Of a stretch of DNA of 64,000 nucleotides, positions 60,801-64,000 are shown piece by piece; the stretch's first letter is position 1, and each line of letters begins with the position of its first letter. Both the position numbers and the translations under genes were made by a program. The DNA lies in NCBI GenBank assembly GCA_963924565.1, contig OZ004610.1, positions 8,618,001 to 8,682,000 on the forward strand, in the 5' to 3' direction. Source of the stretch: Ascidiella aspersa. Taxonomy: Eukaryota. The notes beneath the pieces are model-generated. The model made no database searches. It was given only the letters and a program-made list of their open reading frames with translations, and had not been told where the DNA came from.

Positions 60801-62230
60801 GTAATTTAAAGGGTTGACATTATTACGGGTAATGATTAGACACAACAGGTTTCAACAAAGACAAGTTTTGAACAATGCTATACTTTGGTATACTAGAGGG
60901 GATATAGTAGCACATTTGGCATTGGAATTTTTAAACACTTGACACAATTGTTTTCGAATTTTAACTTTGTGTTTGCAATAAAGTTTTTACCAGGGTTTTC
61001 TACGCAAGACTTCTGAAGTAGTTATTTTTTTTGTATCAAAAAATTATAAACTATGTGTTTTGCGTTTAGGCAAAAGTATGTATTTTGTGTTGTAACTACA
61101 CGGCCTTTTTATGTCTGAGGCCTGACCGAAACTTAGTAATCGTTTAAGAACTGTAAACGTTGCAAAACGCTCCTTGTGGAAGTTTAACGTTTTCTTGCGA
61201 CGCCTTAATATTTATTGGCCAACAAATATATTAGCCGATAAACATATCAGCCCTGCTCATTGAGTTTCAATGACATACACAACATTCGACAATCGACATC
61301 TTGTGTCCAGTTAGTAATCCGTATGAGTACTAATTTAAATGTTAAAGTAACTACTATTATATGATTTTTTATTTTCATCGTTTTAAAAATGATTAGTACA
61401 TCATCAGTTTTTCCTTTAGAATTTTTTATGAAATGCGCAAATGTGTCTTTTAGTGAACATGAATATATTTGATCGCTGAGTTCACACGGAACTAAAATAT
61501 TAGAAAATGTTCGAATTTGTACAAAAATTTGTAAACTGGAAAATTCGTATAAAAGTTTACCAACGATTCCTCTGTTTAAACACTTGCAATCCAAGTTAAT
61601 AAACAAATTATAATAGTAATCTTAATCTTCAAGTGCGCGAAAGTTATCTTTATTGCGCAAAATTTACGGTGCGCAATTTCGCAGTTGCGCAATTTATACT
61701 ACAGAAAAGTTTTTTTTGGGGTCCATTGACCCTTGGGGCACCGGGATAGTTTTGGGGGTTTCACCAAGACCACTTGAAAATCTTGAAGTGTATACTGAAA
61801 AATATATGTTCGACACAGTGAGCCGGTTTCTGAAGTCTACATGTTTTTTTTGTGATTTTTTAGGTTTTTCACATGTTTTAAAAAAGTTTGGGAGTAGAGA
61901 AAACACTATGCTCCATTATTTCAAGAAAACGCAAAGGGTACTAAAATTAAAGACCACTGTAACAGGCCATCGCACATGTTCTATTCTATATAGTATTTTC
62001 CAGCCATAGTATAAAAGCATATTATGGTTTTTCAAAACCAACCGTCGCACATACTTACTTATTAGGAACTGGCGGTAGGTCTGAGTTTTGGATGCCCGGG
62101 GACATTCGGTGGGGTTCAGTGGGGATCACCTTGACCCCCATGTTTAACCCGACCCTTAGGGGTGCAGTGGAGGCGGCGGCGGCGGGGGGGTATGAAAGGG
62201 GGTCGCTTCGTACCGGTGGGCTGGGTGCAT
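36811..62230 (-). CDS. INPPL1: SHIP-family phosphatidylinositol 3,4,5-trisphosphate 5-phosphatase (INPP5D/INPPL1 homologue with C-terminal SAM domain); 5' SH2 exons are outside the window
   Basis: 26 phase-consistent GT-AG exons (3404 nt): 62230-62059, 59993-59871, 55369-55220, 54916-54829, 53800-53615, 52727-52607, 52357-52160, 51246-51050, 50398-50299, 50080-49966, 49196-49077, 48561-48443, 47146-46976, 46256-46167, 45798-45673, 45215-45033, 44294-44174, 42877-42787, 41907-41798, 41287-41217, 40758-40632, 39876-39773, 39185-38914, 38285-38240, 37801-37693, 36904-36811. 5-phosphatase motifs: FVGTWNMG, DIYVVGTQE, GNKGAVGVSF, FINAHLTSG, FLGDLNYR, PPTYRY, PSWCDRVLW, SDHSPVF. C2-like region ECVLALRSMIG; Pro-rich tail; SAM domain LHDNGWDSIEFLGDMTEEDLNDAGVTNQAHRRMIL. 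Confidence 0.95.
39181..39510. repeat. Tandem duplication (~185-bp unit) containing a tRNA-B-box-like sequence and a copy of the SHIP acceptor
   Basis: GGGGCTTAACA.AAAAGTGG...AGGGCT..GTG.GATT.GAA.C..GAACCCTTGGTATT..GCGTCCA occurs at ~39182 and ~39365. Confidence 0.75.
43550..43870. repeat. Diverged ~200-bp intronic tandem duplication
   Basis: TTTAATCATAAACCACA..TTAG.ATTAGATTCTTT..TGGT.GTAAAGGTTTT...TTTCCAGA.AAAAAC occurs at ~43555 and ~43752. Confidence 0.8.
45955..46030 (-). repeat. tRNA-derived SINE-like fragment
   Basis: Minus-strand A-box-like TAGCCTTAGTCATT and B box GGTTCGAATC. A similar B-box fragment (GGTTCGATCCC) lies at ~27700-27750 on the minus strand. Confidence 0.45.
47150..47526. 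repeat. Diverged tandem repeat into which the LTR element inserted
   Basis: TAGGGTTTTATGCAACAAACAGAC..CATTATTGAG recurs at ~47168, ~47313 and ~47476. The unit resumes after the element at 48260. Confidence 0.75.
47527..48259 (-). mobile_element. Internally deleted Ty3/Gypsy LTR retrotransposon (TRIM-like, 733 bp) in a SHIP intron
   Basis: LTRs at 48259-48119 and 47666-47527 (TG...TA) differ by about one substitution and one indel; 4-bp TSD CTAC. PBS TGGTGACCCCCGACGTGA (48117-48100) matches the tRNA-Trp 3' end apart from one extra base; PPT GGGAGGGG abuts the 3' LTR. The interior encodes only the integrase C-terminus (VFVR..L.PPYNGPFRV...ISIDRLKP, GPY/F motif). Confidence 0.93.
51451..51724. 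mobile_element. hAT-type MITE (ATCGGTATCGG family)
   Basis: TIRs TAGAGATAGACCGA / TCGGTCGATCTCTA; 8-bp TSD ATTTAAAA at 51443-51450 and 51725-51732. Related copies near 21080-21460 and 22650-22970. Confidence 0.85.
53087..53289 (-). mobile_element. tRNA-like (SINE-like) insertion with an intact cloverleaf at 53160-53234
   Basis: Flanking 14-bp direct repeat TCTACAGAAATAGT (53073-53086, 53290-53303). Paired acceptor stem GCCTGCA/TGCAGGC, T-arm GTGAG-TTCGAAC-CTCAC, A box, and TTTTT terminator at 53150-53154. The anticodon arm is non-canonical. Confidence 0.75.
53922..54770. repeat. 39-bp minisatellite (~17 copies) plus two 57-bp variants, filling a SHIP intron
   Basis: Unit ATGTC(A/G)GGTAACTATTT(A/G)CCAAATAACGAGTATTTTA(A/G)A. 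Produces the 253-aa repetitive ORF 53986-54747, antisense to SHIP. Confidence 0.97.
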
Positions 62231-64000
62231 CTGAGTAAGTTGAAACGTAGGATTATAACTATAGGAGATATCTACTGAAAATCAGGTTGTTTTACATGTC
62301 ACTTTCAACCTGAAAACGTAATCAACATCTTGAACATTTTTAAGTTTCTTATGGCCTTCGAAAATGGAGCCCAATTTAAAACAACTAAACTTGTTCAACA
62401 AAACAACGATTGCATTTTTATTTTTTTTTTTATTATTTTTTTTTTTTGCATTCAGAAACTCAACACAATGAACCACCTTGCTTTAAAATTTAGTAGGTTT
62501 ACAAATGTTCCCAAACGAGAATAACGAATCTAATTAAAAGGAAGTCTTTAAAGGCAAGTTACGCGTTTTCAAAAACCGAAAATATGTGGTTAAAAAAGGC
62601 CTAGCAACCCTCCAAAAACACTCTAATGGGTAAAAATACGACACATAGGTTGGCTAGAAACACAGACAGAAGGCAAAGCGAATAGGCAGGGTTTTCGAAA
62701 AAAAGAGATGGGTAGAAACAAAGAAATACAGAAAAAAGAGGACTGAGAGAAAGAAAGAGAAAGAGTGAAATAGAACGAAAAAGGGAAAGAGAGTCTCGAA
62801 TCAAATGGTAGTTTCATAGCTTCTCTAATAAACAACTAGTTACTAGTCGATGTTTTATCCTAAAATACATTTTCAAAATCGGCCTATAACGATTGATAAA
62901 CTTACGAAGATAAAACTTTGAACTGCGCTTCCGAAAATGCTTCTTTAAGGAAAGCGTCTTCTGCGACATTGAAAACAAGCCGGAAAATCAACAACGGATA
63001 GTCTAACGATAATTTCCTAGCACAACTTTAGTTACACGCACCAACGCCACCGTTTTTCTTTAAATAATCATGTTTAAAATCGTATCCCTATTCTTTGTTT
63101 CCTGCTGAATTCAGTTTTAATCCTATTAATATCATGGGGAGATTGCGTGAGTAAATCGCGGAAAACCTTTTTGCGATTTACAGGAAATTTATGTTAAACC
63201 TCTGTAAAGTTAAAAAGGAAGGAAAGGAAATAAACATTCGACAGGAGTGTGTTGCTTTAAACAGGAAACAAATGAGATCTATACAAAACAAGTCAAGCCG
63301 CTTAATTCAAACGTGAATGATAACCAAGTCTGTAATCTAAGTCACTCTATGGCAAACCTAGAATGAAAAGTTAAGCTACTTTAAATATATCGACGTTAAA
63401 CACAAACGGTTTAACACTTAAACTTCAAGTTTTACTAGTTTATATGCGTTTATATGGACAGTGATCGACAAGCAGTAACATGCTGCTAATGGTTTCAGAT
63501 TTCATAAAGATACGCCTTTTTACACACATAGTTTAACGTTTGAACAGAATAATTCACTATTCAACCAATATTAAATATCTCTCTTTAATGCACTGTATTA
63601 TGTTTTAGAGCGCAAATTTATGGTTAACGCTTATTTAGAGAAAAAAAAAACATTGCAAATTTAATAACCGAGATACAAACTGCCTGAATGAACAACGTGC
63701 CGCAAAAAAATGAAGCGAATTTTCCGCGCGAAATATTTGACTTCTTACTTCGTTGTAGTAAACGGAAATACATTTAGTCCCAATTTTAATTGTACATTCG
63801 CGCGACAATTTAACCAGCAGCAAGCACCCTCGTTCAGTTACATGTTCTGTTACGTCACGTCATGACGTATATTCGTGACTTTACTTGATTGATAACAAAA
63901 AATGCTTAATCAGGCTAATGTTTGGAAGCGTCCCAATTCTACGCCTAAATAATATGGTAACCAACAGTAGAACTAGAGTATATCCAAAAATATAGTAAGT

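Overview
AT-rich, intron-rich eukaryotic DNA, probably from an ascidian (tunicate); this is inferred from the divergent ascidian-type lectin domains and compact genes. Most six-frame ORFs are spurious or single exons, so I rebuilt gene models by hand from splice signals and reading-frame phase. From left to right: (1) two tandem minus-strand paralogues with a signal peptide, an 8-Cys domain and a thrombospondin type-1 repeat. One is complete (387 aa), a type-I membrane receptor with a Thr-rich stalk and five cytoplasmic tyrosine motifs; the other is cut off by the window start. (2) About 13 kb of non-coding, regulatory-looking DNA. (3) A plus-strand secreted lectin with a coiled-coil neck and two C-type lectin-like domains (360 aa). 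(4) Stacked and nested hAT/MITE insertions. (5) A decayed class-A GPCR pseudogene that no single ORF reveals. (6) 26 exons of a minus-strand SHIP/INPPL1-type inositol 5-phosphatase, whose SH2 exons lie beyond the window end. Its introns hold a young 733-bp internally deleted Gypsy LTR element, a 39-bp minisatellite, a tRNA-like element with an intact cloverleaf and a miR-200-like sequence. No prokaryotic features or CRISPR arrays were found.
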